Assembly (NCBI RefSeq): GCF_024521635.1
Contig: NW_026250412.1
Span: 372,001 to 436,000, forward strand
Reading direction: 5' to 3'
DNA length: 64,000 nucleotides
DNA from: Tricharina praecox
Taxonomy: Eukaryota
In this document: positions 23,707 through 36,677 of the stretch, one piece after another
Layout of the letters: the number at the start of each line of letters is the position of its first letter
How positions within the stretch are numbered: position 1 is the stretch's first letter
Program-made: the position numbers and the translations under genes
Notes under the pieces: model-generated
Database searches by the model: none
The model's input: only the letters and a program-made list of their open reading frames with translations
Told to the model about the DNA's origin: nothing

Positions 23707-24327
23707 TCAAAACATCGCCCTCTGCTGATCACCCGTAACCTGTCCCTGTCCCATGTTCTTAATCTTCTCACTGGGCCTAACCCACGCATCGCTGGCGTCG
23801 AGCACCTCTCCGTCGCCAAACCGCTTCCTACAGAACTCAAGCACAGCATTCAGCTCCCTGCCGCCCTCCTCCACCAGCGCCACATCCTCCCGCTCCTCCC
23901 GCCCCTCTCTCTTCGACCTCTCCACGGCGTCTATAAACCCGCTCCACCCACCTCCCCCTTCGCCGCCCCCTTTACCGCCCTCTTTACCGCCAACCCACGC
24001 AACCCCCAGCACCTCCGCCCCCGCCTGATCGACGTCGCTATACCACGCGCGGGCATTATCGTAGTCGCCCTCGATGCGGTGCAGTATGCCGTGCAGCAGC
24101 ATGCCTTCGACGGCGGGCGGAGACTGCATGTGCCGCACGAGGAAGTGGGCGGACGGCAGGTCGCCGTTGAGAAGGTGCAGTGCTGCCTCCAGCGTTGGGT
24201 GCAGTGAGGCCGAGGAGATCGTCGCGGTTAGGGAGGCGGAGCGCGGGTGGCGCGGGTTGTGCAAGGGGGGGGAACGGGAGAGGTGCCGCAGAAGGTGAGT
24301 GAGCGTCGGGCGGGGGGTGGGGGACAT
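23707..24327 (-). CDS. Conserved hypothetical protein, about 206 aa, intronless, predicted helical
   Basis: Coding-like ORF from MSPTPRP with motifs LHPTLEAALHLLNGDLPSAHFLVRHMQ and MLLHGILHRIEGDYDNARAWY. The ORF-track extension to 24522 looks like UTR. Confidence 0.8.
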   Translation of the reverse strand: MSPTPRPTLTHLLRHLSRSPPLHNPRHPRSASLTATISSASLHPTLEAALHLLNGDLPSAHFLVRHMQSPPAVEGMLLHGILHRIEGDYDNARAWYSDVDQAGAEVLGVAWVGGKEGGKGGGEGGGGWSGFIDAVERSKREGREEREDVALVEEGGRELNAVLEFCRKRFGDGEVLDASDAWVRPSEKIKNMGQGQVTGDQQRAMF

Positions 24328-25902
24328 GTTGGTGGTAGTGGTGGGAGGTGGGAGGAAGGTGGGGGGTGAGGATTGGTTTTCTGGAGGGAAGGAGAGAGTC
24401 GTGAAGTGTTTATATGTCATGTCGTCCGTGACATCAATTGCCTGGCGGGATGATGACGATATTACATACCTCACATATCCATCCACCGCACTGACCACCT
24501 CCCAGACTCCCGCGGAGAGCAAAACGGCACCGCTAATTACATCATGTCCTTCCAGGCTTCCAGGCTTCCACGACGGTAGGTATACCTATATAAAATCAGG
24601 TTTGAGCCTGTTGTATGTATGCAACCAGCCGTGCGATTTTGTTTTGGGTCTGTTTGGTGTTTGCAAACGGTGTAACTCTGGTGGAGTGTGTCGTAGTCCA
24701 TCAACCACGGGGGGCTTCATCGGTTTTTGGAATGGGAATGGGCCGCTGGCTGGCTGGCTGGTTATTCATCTCCTTCACGGTGGGTGGCCAGCGGAGGGCT
24801 CAGCGCTCGCGAGAACGGATTCCTCCGGTCGGCGGTTGATCATGAAGGCTGATAGGTAACGGCGTTTCGTCAATCACGACCGATTGGACGTCGACGTCGA
24901 CTCGACTGTCTGCCAAGCTGACGGCGGACGATACCCACAGTGCACACATGGCCGGATGCTCGTCTAAGGCCAAGGGACGAATACTGAAGAAGAGAGCGAC
25001 GCCGCCATATATCAGCCCAGCCCGCCCAGCCAGCCCTACATATCGAAGTTAACCTCCAACCAAGGGCCAAGGGCCAAGGCCCTTATCGCGGCCGCCATCT
25101 GTGGTCCAGTGGATGACGTATTTAGCGTAAGGCTGAGCCTCCCGAGTCCTACCTACATACCACGCAGTGAGCAGTGGGCACCCTCCCGTTAAAAAGACGA
25201 GGACGAGGACGAAATCTTGGGACCTTCATCATCGACATCGACTCGCAGCAAAAGAAAACAGCCATGTACGTAGCCTGTGTACCGGCGCAAGGGTTTTGCG
25301 CCCATGGGCCACGGGTGACAGTGGTAACAGAAGTGGGGCCCGGGGGACATCATGCTTTTAGCGGGACGGGTCCGATAAGGAGCTCGCTTGGTACTCTATG
25401 TTCAACCGCCGTTGCTACTGCGCTACCTACCGATCAGCGAATCAACTCCAACGGGCTCTAGAAAACGTCTTTCGAAGAAAAAAGAAAACGCCCAGCATCG
25501 GCGACCAAAACTGTCTCTAGCTGTCGTCATACCAAGTATGTAGAAAGAAACCGAGGGTGTAGTTAGCAGGAAACATGATTCCAGAAGCCGGAATGGAATG
25601 GAAAAAGCCACTGTTGTGGTGGGGACGGTGGGAGGAGATACTCTATATAGTATGAGGTATGTGTGTAGGCGGCGCCTCTCCGTTACCTTACGTTACGTTG
25701 CACTGTTAGTTATACATAACCACATAAAGCAGCTCATCCCATCGCATCGCATCGCATCCCGAGGTCCTCCGTAACCAGACTCTAGACTCTACAGCACTGC
25801 CATTGCGTACAGCTCCGATTTACCCACAACCACAAACACTCCACAAACACTCCACAGCAAACCTCACAGCAAAACAAACAACCAACCGCCCCTCCCTCTC
25901 CA

Positions 25903-26524
25903 ATGACAACCTACGTGCGCATGGGCCGCGGCGGCGCAGGGAACCACATTCCGAAGGAGGAGCTTCAGAAGCAGGCACCTTCCCCCCACCTAGTCCCTGA
26001 GCTTTTACCCCGCTGACGGTCATGTGTGTCCTCCCCCAGGCCGAAGAAGTCACCGCGCAAACCTCCGCCTCCAAGCGCCTATCCAGCGCGAACCAGCTGG
26101 CGCAGGAAGAAGTCGCCTCGCCGCCGCCGGGCGAGTACAAGCACATGTATGTCCGCTTCTTCCCCTCCCATTCCCCCTCCCTTCCCCGCTGATCCTGTGG
26201 TGATATAGGGGCCGCGGCGGCGCGGGCAACTGGTTTACTCCCTCCGACCTCGTGCAACGAGGAACAACCTCCACTCCCACAGCCGACGACGACACGACCG
26301 AGGTACCCGCGGCGCAGGCGGGGAGTACGCGGCAGTGGGCGGGGCGCGGGGGGGCGGGGAATTTTGCCGGTGCGGGTGCACAGGCGCAACACATTGATGC
26401 GCCACGGAAGGAGGTGGAGGAGATTGAGCTCCAGGATAGAGAGAGGGAGCGCATGCAGGAGGATGTTAGGAGGGATGTTGATTTGAAGCTGGTCAGGCCG
26501 GAGGGGGTGCATTTGGGGCCGTAG
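25903..26524 (+). CDS. GRGGAGN-repeat protein (DUF3602-like), about 164 aa; exons 25903-25974, 26040-26146, 26209-26524
   Basis: Three GRGGAGN motifs (MGRGGAGNH, MGRGGAGNW, AGRGGAGNF). Intron 1 is GC-AG (CAG|GCACCT..CTGAC..CAG); intron 2 is GTATGT..CTGAT..TAG. Phases are consistent. Confidence 0.8.
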
Positions 26525-27312
26525 TGGGATGAATGGGGTGGGGTTGGTTGGTTGGTTGGAGAGAGGGAGAGCGAGAGGGAGCTCGAGGCGGGACAGGTTA
26601 TTGATCAATGAACGTCTGGATGTTGGATTCGATTGTCGGAGTCATGTCATGTCATGAAGCAGGCAGGTAAGCAGGCGGAACATAATTCCCGGTGATGCAG
26701 CAAGTCTCCGTTTGAAACAAGTCTCCCATTTAGCCACAACACATCTTCAATACCAATATCACTGGGAAAATTGCCCGCTCACTGAGCACCAGAGTCCGGA
26801 TTTAGTGAAAACGCCTATAGTAATGGACGAGCTGCATTCATTCATTCATATCATATATAGTATATAGAGATGTAACTGCAATGCTAGGTACATCGAAACC
26901 CCAATCCAGCAGCTAAGTAGGTAGGTAAGTACCTAACCAGTGAAAGGAAATAGAGTACGAGAGGAAATGGGCGTGAGTTCTAAGACAAAGAGAAGCAGCC
27001 ATGTTGATGGTTGATGGTTAATGGTGGAAGATAGTGTAATGATACGCTTTGTAACGAGAAGCAAGAACAAGAAAGAAAAGGACAACATTTATCGCAGAAG
27101 AAACGAAAAAGACAATGAAACCCCATGGAAAGAACAGAAAAGAAAAAGAAAAATCAAAGAAAAGAAAAATCAAAGAAAAATCATAATCGTAACCGTATCC
27201 CAGACAAAAGAGACCTTAAGGAAAAAAACAAGAAGAAAAGTTATACTCGCACCAGAACAACATTGTTTTACCCAAAGCAAGCAAGTAAGTTATCATTTCG
27301 TTCCTACTCCGT

Positions 27313-30300
27313 TTAGTTATCCTCAACAGTCGAGCACGCGGACCCTCCCAGTGCGGAGTCAATACTGCGAGCGCGGGGAGTTTTCAATGCGTCCGAGTCG
27401 TCGAAACCGCCAAGCTCCGTCGCCGTCGCCTCGCGGAACCTCATCGAGGCCTTTGGCGTGACGGACTGTATCAACGTGGTACGGTTAGGGTTCCAGCCGT
27501 GGTTATTAGAGGCGCCCAAGTCATAGAAGTCCCCATCTGCGCACTGAGTCCCGACATCGACCATGGTAGTGGTTGACAGCGGCTCACACTGTGTAGATGC
27601 GTTTCTATAATTTGGGTTCCTCGGGTGGTAGTGGAAGGAGGGTACCTTTGTTCTCCCGCGGTCTTCATCATCAGCGTCTTGCTGCTGCTGCTGCTGCTGC
27701 ATCGTCGAGATGAGCTGGCTCAGCAAGCTGGGGGGGAGACGTCGCAGCTCCTCCAGCTTCTTCTCTGGGTCCTACAGCAACACACGTGGCCAGTCAGCGC
27801 TGCCATTCCGCGCTGCCGTTCCGCGCCCGAGAGGAAGTACTCACCCATTCCGGCTCCTCCGGGGCTTCATGTTCTTCCTCAACTTGTGCCTGTGCGGGAG
27901 CCGCTCGCCGGAGCGGGGAGGGTACTTCCCCTCGGGCGGCGACGACAAGGGGGGGTGGTGGTGGTGGCGCCTCACCGATAGCCTGGTGCTGGCGCTTGCG
28001 CAGGCCCAGCACGTAGTCGCGGATCGCGGGGTCCGTGTCCCACCTGTTCTCGCGCGATACAAACCTCCTCCACTCGTTGCCCTCAGTCGAGACGACGGAG
28101 CTGCCGTCGTCGTCGTACTCAAATGTTTCCTCATGGTGGCTGTTGGTGCTCTCGTCGTCGGCAAACACGCGCGTTACGGTGCGCGGCTTCTGCTCCCAGG
28201 GGAAGAGCGGCTTCAGCGGGGGTTCAGTGGCCGCCGGGACGTGTTCGGGCTCGGGCGCGGTCCACTCGGGCGCGGGTGGTGTCCACTCTTGCTGGCTGCC
28301 CTCGGGGGAGTCGACGTGCGACGACTGGGGGTCGTCCATGAATACACGGGTGACTTTGTGGCGCGGCTTCTCCTCCCACGGGAACACCGTCTTGGAGGCC
28401 TGCGGCTGCTTGGACGTCTCCGGGATGTCGTACCAGAGGTGGTGTCGCGGTGGCGGAGCAAATGTCGTCGCGACGAACGGCGCCGAGGCCGTGGTGTCCC
28501 AGGCGTTGGTGTATGGCTCGATGGTGAGCTTGTTGCCCTCGGGCGCACTGTTCTGCGGCGGCGCGGACTTGGTCGGGTCCCAGTGGGTCTGGGGGGCATG
28601 GAACAATTGGCCAGGTCCAGCGGCCTGGTCGTGCGTGACAGGCCTGGCGTGCTTCTTGACGAGATACGTGTTGGCACCGGTCTGGAAGTACTCGTCCTGG
28701 GCCACCCGTCCATGCTTGGTTATCACGTATTCGCCGAGACTGCCCTGAGTCTTGAAGTGCTCGTAATGGTGGTGGGTGGTGAAGTTCTCGAGGTAGCGGC
28801 TCGGCTTGTCGATAGAGCGGATGGGCACGAATTTCGGCTCGTTGCCGGCTTGCTCGGGCTCCACATCAGACTCCTCCTCGGCCTCCGAATCGACTGTGTT
28901 CTCCGACCGGATCTCTGGCTGGACTTCCGGCTCGACCTCTGGCTCGGTTCCTGCCTGGACTTCCCGTCGCACTTCTGGCCGTACCTCTGGCCGTACCTCT
29001 GGCCGTACTTCTGGCTGTTCCTCGGTCTGGACCTCCATGTCGACCTCTAGCCGCGACTCCGTCTGAACCTCAGCCTCAACCTCCGGTCGAGACTCTGTCT
29101 GGACTTCAGCCTCGACCTCGCGAGTCTCGTAGTGGTGGTGGTGGTGGTGTTCATGGTGGACCTCGTGGTGGACCTCGTGGTGTTGGGGCTCATGGTAGGT
29201 CTCTTTGTGGGCCTCATGCCTTGTCTCGGGGTGATGATGGGTGTGCGTTTGGTACTGTTCTACCTGGGCACCCGAGTACGTCTCCCCTCTCTGCTCAGAC
29301 CCCGCATTCTGTACGAGGCGCGTTAGTCAAGCAAAGCAAAGAATCCGTGAAGCAAGGTGAATGATTTCATGAATAGAGTGAATAATGGAGTCTAGTACAT
29401 CACATTTTTTTTGATACATTGAGGTTGAGGTATAGTTCGTTACATTATGCCAGAAGAATACAAGAACACGAAAATCCCGAAAAGAAAGAAGCAAAGGATG
29501 TAAAGGGAAAAATAAATCTATACCTCAGTGCCCGTCGGTCGTGAGTAGGTCGGTGTCTGTGCGCTCTCTCCCTTTGCTGCCTGCTTGGTAGAATACCCCT
29601 CATGCTTGTTGAAGACAGACCACCAGTGGCCCGAGAGCTTCTCGTATGGGTCGCCCGAGCCGGTGTTGGTGGACTGGCCTCGGTCCCAGGGCTTGGTTCC
29701 GCCAATGAAGTGCACCAGAGACACGTTGGATCCGTAGTGCTTGAAAGCAGGCGCATACCTGTGCCGCAGAGGTAAGTATCAACGACGCCTGAAGCTGTCT
29801 CGTTGGAGGACTCACTGGTAACCCATGCTGGCACCGATGGTGCAGTTGTAGACGAAAGACAGACGGTGCCAGTCGCTGAAGTGCTGGTTCAAAAGACCCT
29901 GGTCCGCGCCTTTACACGGGGTCAGCAAACACTCAGGCATAAAGTCTTGCACACGGGAATATTCACCATCGAAGCTCTGTCCTTGGCTCGCAAGGCTGAT
30001 GAGCTCCTCGTAGGTCTTCTGGTCGGGCTTGACGACCATCAATCCGCTGTTGAAGCAATCGGGCCAGCCGACATCGGGAGCGGCAGCGAAGACGGCGTCG
30101 ATGTCGAAGAGCTCATCGGGGGCCCTCAGGGCAACCATGTCGGCGTCGACGTAGACGATCTTGCGGAATTGGGTCTGGTTCCACAGGTTGATCTTGGTCA
30201 TCGCGGCATGGAGGTCGAGACGGCGCATGAGGTTCAGGTTCGCGGCCGATGTGCTGTAGATGGGCTCTACTGGGATAACGTAGTCGAAGATTTTCTGTGT

Positions 30301-30727
30301 ATTGCCCAGCATCAGCTCGTGGTTCAAGATCGATAGATGCGCCACGAGGCGAGGGGGTACGAACCTTCAGCTCCGTCACAGTGTTCTCGGTGACACCGGC
30401 CAGCGTCACCATTACGGCGAGGCGGTACTTGGTGCCAGAGTCGCGGAGAGAGTGGGCGATAACCCGGGCTCCTGTTCATCATCAACAATTCCATTCTCCA
30501 CTTATTCGTCTTTCTCCTCGACGGCGCTGGGAGGAGGAGGAAGAGCGTATAGGGCTTATCGTAGCCGCGGGGATGGGAATCGTACCAGGGAGGTAGGCAT
30601 CGTTCAGCAGCAGCTAGGCGCGAAGAGTCAGCATGAACTGTCGTCATAGCGCTGCAGCATTCCGCGACGTCGAGAGAAGATAGAGACAACATACTGTGCA
30701 GTAGACATCCTCCGGAGCGGGTGCCAT
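27313..30727 (-). CDS. glg: Glycogenin (GT8 self-glucosylating initiator of glycogen synthesis), about 915 aa; exons 30727-30695, 30613-30586, 30471-30365, 30294-29967, 29909-29816, 29758-29524, 29308-27845, 27771-27313
   Basis: Spliced N-terminus EDVYCTLLLNDAYLPGA, TKINLWNQTQFRKIVYVDAD (DxD), AAPDVGWPDCFNSG, SFDGADQGLLN, HFIGGTKPW. The C-terminal tail has two FPWE..P..TRVF.DD motifs and WDPEKKLEEL. Exon lengths sum to 2748 nt, in frame. Confidence 0.92.
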
Positions 30728-33700
30728 CGTGTGAAGACTGGTCGCTCAGTGGCTGGAAGAGGTAGTTTGCTAGAGTGAAGAGCTAGAAGGTGAGCGGTGG
30801 GTTGTGTGTTGTTGGTAGGAGGAATCCAGTGACGCGCTTAGGCCGTTCTTATACCAGGGCTGGGAAAGGGTCCTTGGTTGATGGCTTGCTGGTGCAGGTG
30901 AACTGGATGTTTTTCTGGCACGGACTTGGATGAGGATGTTCTTGCAACAACACCGAAGGGACGGGCGACTTTTTGAAGTGTTTTGGGAGGATCACGGGTT
31001 TGAAGGAGGGGGGAGGGGGGCGTAAACAAAAACAAGGACTCGGCAAGGCAAATATCCTCAAAGCAGAACGAGACATTTCTCTGGCTAGCACATCTGCCAG
31101 TTCACGCCCCCCCCCCTCCGGATCTCTCTCACGAGGGGTCGTTCAATGACCCCGCGGCGGGTCCGCTTTGCGCAGTTTGGGTTGGTGGAGGGGCAGTGAG
31201 CTGCAGCACCAGAGTAGCCAGCATATCATAGAGCAGGATCGCATAGCATAGCTCGCAGCCATACTCTACACAGCAGTATCATAGATACTAGGCGGACAAG
31301 AAGCAAAGAGCTAGCTAGGAAGTTCGGATTTCTTTTCGCTCGACGTTTTCAATCTCGCTATCGTGGTTGCAACAGCGCTCAGCGCCCACTCAGCGCTGCC
31401 GGCGCGGTTTCTCTTCGTGCTTCCCCTCTTCCCCGCTGCGGAGTGGTCGTCAAATCAATCAACTGAAGCACAGCAATCAAGAAGCCCAATCAACCGACGG
31501 CACCGTCAGCTTCCTCCTCTCAGCAACGCCGGTGGTGGTGATGGAGGATGTGGTAGTGGGGGGTGGCAACAACGTCGTCGACAGCTACACGTTAGTTACA
31601 GGCCATCGCGCAAAAAACCCGCCCTGGATGAGGGCGGGGTGGCGGTGGACCCAGGCAAAGAAGTCGCTCGATCATCGCGAACGCGGCAACGGTATTGGCT
31701 GGCGGCGTGGGCGGAGCGACAATTGATTGACATCAGTGATAACGGATCTGTCGTCCCTCGCCGTCGCCGTAGAGTAGAGTAGTTTACTCTACATGCTGTG
31801 GAGCACTGTATCTATGATATCGATTCTATTCCACTCCAACCCATCATACCTACTCGACTCTGGTATTGTGCTCTCTCCCTCGCCCTCCATTTCTCCCTCT
31901 CTCTGTCTATCCCCTCTCCATCCCTCTCCATCCCTCTCTCTCCGTCCCTCCTCTCCTCACTTCTCCCCTTCTTGCTTGCAGGCTTCATCACAACCACTCT
32001 AAGCCAGCATGATAGCATCCCATCCCGGTCCGGGAGGGAAGAACAGAGCGTTGGCCGCGCATTAGTGGCAATAACCTGCCTGCTGTGATGATGCCGACCA
32101 GCCAGCCAGCCCATCGAGAAGAAGAAGAGGGAAGAAGGGCGAAATGGCAACCCGGAAGGGGAGAGGAGGTAGGTGGTGAGGTCGCCACATCGAGATGATG
32201 CAGAATGTTTCTTTCGGTGATATGTTACATGTATTGTCAAGGAAACCTCGTCTTTGGGCTCTGTGCTCTGTGGGAGTTTGAGCGCCGACGACGAGGGGGG
32301 GGAAAGAGGCGCGACGGTGACGGTGACGGTGATGATGATGGTGATGATAATGATGATGATGATGATGATGATGCTACATATGGTAGCACTGCATCGTGGA
32401 CGCAATGCACCTTAGAGTAGGGCTCTCTTCTCTCCTGCCGACTATTGTGAACCACACACACACACATTCGCGCATAGTTACCCACCCTGCATGGGCCGAG
32501 CCTTCCTTCCTCTACATCGCTACTCTAGATACGCCGGAGAAACAGACGCAGAAAGAAGAAACAGAAGGAGAAGCGGAAGAAGAAGAAGCTGGTGGCATCA
32601 AGTCGAAGCAAAGGCAGGCAATCATTCCGCATGCGCAGCCTATCGTATCTCTCCGCATGTGATTTCTGCAGGCAATTGATTGATTGATTGAGCGCGGAAC
32701 TGGAAGGGAAGGGAAAGGACGGAGGGAAGGGAAAACGTGAGAAGCGTCGAATATGTCTGCAGAGATGTTTGGACACGTCGGTTTCGCTAGAGTGCTCTAC
32801 CTAGGTGAGAATTTACGGTAGCTGGTGAAAAGATTGTTCGGGATCCTGGTCTCTGGCCGTTGGAGGTGATAGGCGCGAGGAGAAGAGAAGACAAGCAAGA
32901 GAGAGGCAAGAGGCGAGAAGCAGCCCGCTTGGACAGACAGAGCTGAGGTCCTTTGCCTTTGCCCCGCCGCCCCGCCGCCCGGACAAAACAACGTCGCTTT
33001 GCCTTTGCCCCCCGCTCGGATAATTCCGGCTCGAAGGAACACTAAAAGAGTTCCACCTGCGAACCTTATCTGGCATCCATCCACATCCAGCACCCGGATG
33101 ATGTATTGGTTGGGGCTCAAATAAAAATGAAAGAAAGAAGAAAAAAAATGCAGGGGCAGAGTGACTGCAAGTGGTGGTGGGCCGAGCTGAGCTTCAGTCG
33201 AGTCTGTCGTCCCACTCGTTGTGTCCAGCGACCCCGTTGCTGGTGCAACCAACCTACCAGCTGCCAACCAGCTACCTCGTACCAACCAGGCAGATATACT
33301 CCACCAACCATCACCTGCAAAAGATCTCAATCCCTCCACTCTGATTCCTCCTCCTCCTCCTCCTCATCCACCCCGTCCTCCTCCCCGCTCCTGCTCCCAC
33401 TATCACCATATCACATCAATGTCGCCACGTTCACATCCACATTGCATCCGCGGTCCTATATTCTGCATGAGCATCAGTGCAAATGAATGAAGCCAACGCG
33501 GCCCTCCACCACCATCATCACACTCGCTGCCGGCGCGGACAGTCTCTGCTCCCCGGACGAACGAATGAATGAACGGGCGATAGCGCAGCCCTCCCACCCG
33601 CAGCACACCCGCAGCTAAAACAGAAGCAGGAGCAGAGCACGAGCAAAGAGCCATCCAGCAATCGGATCATCAACACCTACCCTCTCACATCCTGTCCTAT

Positions 33701-34554
33701 CCCCTCCGCGAAACATCGATGAGATGAACCGCACCCTCTCCGCCCACCCACCGCTCTGTACATGTTCTGCGAAGGTCTGTAAAGGGAGAAGACGTCCGCC
33801 GCGTGTGCGCGCCCTGACTAAACTAGCCCACCAGCTAACTATCGGCCGCGATAGATAGGCAGACAGACAGATGCAAACTAATCGATGGCAGCGCAAAGGG
33901 TTCGTTTCAACTGGTTTCCGGAGAGTAGAGAAGGCAGAAGAGCGGAGAAGAGGAGAAGAGGAGAAGAGCGGAGAAGAGAAGAGAAGAGAAGAGCGCTGAG
34001 GTACCTATCTCTGCGGAGATGAATAGCATCCCGACTTGATGGCAGGAAGGGATGAACGATGAACGATGGATGGATGGAGGGAGGGAATGCGTCGGCCCGG
34101 TCCCCGGCGGATAGGTAGTAGGTACCTGTGGCCGCAGCTTCGTCGGGCAGTCGTCGAGCAGCCGTAGAGCAGCCGTAGAGTGCCAGTGCCAGCAGGGCTG
34201 ACCTGATCCGAGCGGTGCTATCTATCAACCATCCTATCCCATCCTATCAGTGCTGGCTGGCTGGTCCCAAAGTGTGGAACTGCATAGGTACATTATATAA
34301 TGTACCTATTATCGGGCACCGAGACAGACAGACACACGACCACACGGCCAGCCACGCCTGAGTGCATTATGGTATCAGCTATCTCGCTCAGTCATGGTAG
34401 TCATGGTGGAGAAGAAGAGGGGTACTTACCTTACAATGTTCCGCTCTCTCGCATCGAACAAGACACTGGAGCCGGAGCCGACGCCGGTTGGAAATCGAAC
34501 TGTATTGGGTACCTATTGGGTATTACATAAGTGCTTACTCACTTACTTACAGAC

Positions 34555-35375
34555 GAGAAGTCGGCTCGTTCGGAGTCGTCACTCGTGGAGTCGTAGGCGA
34601 GGGAGTTAAATGAAACACGTACCGTATGTAAATAGATCGGGTGGATGTCCGGCATGTCTTGCGATACGGATAGCTTGTAGGCCCGTCCGGGCCCGGCCCC
34701 GGCACAATTGATATAGACTCTATGATATATCAGCGCCGGGTCCTAGGCAAAGAAACATACTTAGATAGGATGGTTGAGCTCTTTCATGATCAGTGGGAAC
34801 CATTCGGGCCCGACTACGGTGCCAACAAAGCTCTCGTTTCTTCTTCTTCTATTTCCTCATCATCATTGTCAACATCATCATAGCTATGATAGAAACTATC
34901 CTTTGCCCGACCATGCTACGGCGCCAGCGAAGCTATGGTTTCTTCTTCCTCATCATCATGAGAAGTCGGCTCGTGGGTCGTCACTTGTGCGCGAGGGAGT
35001 TAAATAAAGCACGAATAGGTATCGGGTGGATGTCCGGTATGTCTTGCGATACCGGTAGCTTCTATGCCCCTTCCCGGCCCGGCTGATATACCTATACTCG
35101 ACATATATCAGCGCCGGATCCTGAGAGCGCAAAGAAACATAGATAGGTGGGTAGGGCCGTTGAGCTCTTTCATGATCAATGGAAACCATCCTTAGCTCAA
35201 CTACAGTGCCAGCGAAGCTATTGTTTCTTCTTCTATTTCCTCATCATCACCATAGCTATCATAGAAACCATCCGTGGCCCGACTACGGTGCCAGCGAAGT
35301 GCTGGTTTCTTCTTCTTCCATTTCCTCATCATCACCATCATCGTCACCACTATCATCACCATCATCATCGCTACT
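34555..35375. repeat. Degenerate tandem duplication (about 405-bp unit) with nested 70-95 bp sub-repeats; possible pseudogene or element relic
   Basis: Copies start GAGAAGTCGGCTCGT at 34555 and 34960 and share GGTGGATGTCCGG.ATGTCTTGCGATAC, ATATATCAGCGCCGG, CAAAGAAACATA and GTTGAGCTCTTTCATGATCA. Sub-repeats at about 34795, 34891, 35181 and 35264. Confidence 0.85.
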
Positions 35376-36157
35376 CTACATACTAGTAGAGTTAGAAGCC
35401 GCCCTACCCGCGCTATCACTCGTTTTTTCGATCACGCTCTCTGTCATGCTCCATCTCGTCTCGTCCGGTGACTCCAGGCTCCAGCGCGTACATAGTTTGC
35501 GTGCACGGGGTGGGGGATGGGAGATGGCATTGCAAATACAGATCTCTCATTAGATTCACATAGCTTCTCACTTGCGTGGAAACTTAATTCTTATGTTCAT
35601 ACATACGGTGTGTTGCTGGACTGGCCCGTTGTAGGGCTGCCACGACAGTCGACAGTTGGAACTTGGGCCAGCTATCCCTGCACATGGAGAATTAAGCTCG
35701 AGACTCGAGTGCCGAGAACGAGATTCTCGAGAATTTCGTGATTCTTTGTAACGCGCCTTCCGCACCGCGTCGCCGAGTCGCCGAGTCACTGACCCTCCGA
35801 CCTCGTGATAATATGTAACAACGAACCACGGAAGAACAAAAAATGGTTAAACAAACAAACATATCATAGGTACGAGCTCGATGCCGAAAAGAGATGTATA
35901 TCGAGAGACCCAAGATCGAGTATCATGTATGTCCCTATGAGATCTATAAACCGTGATTCAATTGCAAAAGATGTCTATATACGAACTTTTGGGAATACCC
36001 ATCTATTGTTAAAACGACTTGTGGAAGTAATCACTAGAACGCTCGAGATGGAGAACCCCACCACCGGTCCTCCGAACGGCTAGTTAGTGGACTGCATACT
36101 CCACTCACAGGAACACACTCGTTATCGGTAATGTCTGTAAATCGAATAAATTCAAGA

Positions 36158-36184
36158 TCTCTCTCTCTCTCTCTCTCTCTCTCT
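36158..36184. repeat. (CT)n microsatellite
   Basis: Read directly. Confidence 0.85.
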
Positions 36185-36677
36185 GATGTGTTAAACAAGA
36201 GACGCACCGGACCGACAAAGCAAGACAAGACAAGACGAACAGTTTCACAGCAACAACAGAAAAGCAACAACAAAACACAATTTCAACGATCAACGATCAA
36301 CAACCAACCGCGTTGGCACATACTGGTACATGGTAGGTCGCTCGATAACTGCCGGCACCGAGACCCTGCGCTCCGTTAATGTTCTGCCGAATCACACGAT
36401 CAAAGTGCCGATGTAGGTAGCGAGTTGGAATGTATGAAGTATGTATGTAAAGTAATGCCGTGCCGTTTAATGGATCCGAGGAGGTGACGGGATGTCGATA
36501 ACTTTGTACCTACCGGTATCCCTGGTATCTGGACCCTGAAGAAGAGCTTCCGATACCAGGCGCTCTACTAGTAATTCCGTATTTGCGTTGCATCATAGCA
36601 TAGCACTGGCACTGGCAGTGTGCCGTTATTCGCGTATGGATACAACGGCAGTCATTGTTAACTACAGTCATGTCATA

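Noticed and set aside
27710..29050. 446-aa plus-strand ORF
   Set aside because: Antisense to the repetitive glycogenin exon; shadow ORF.
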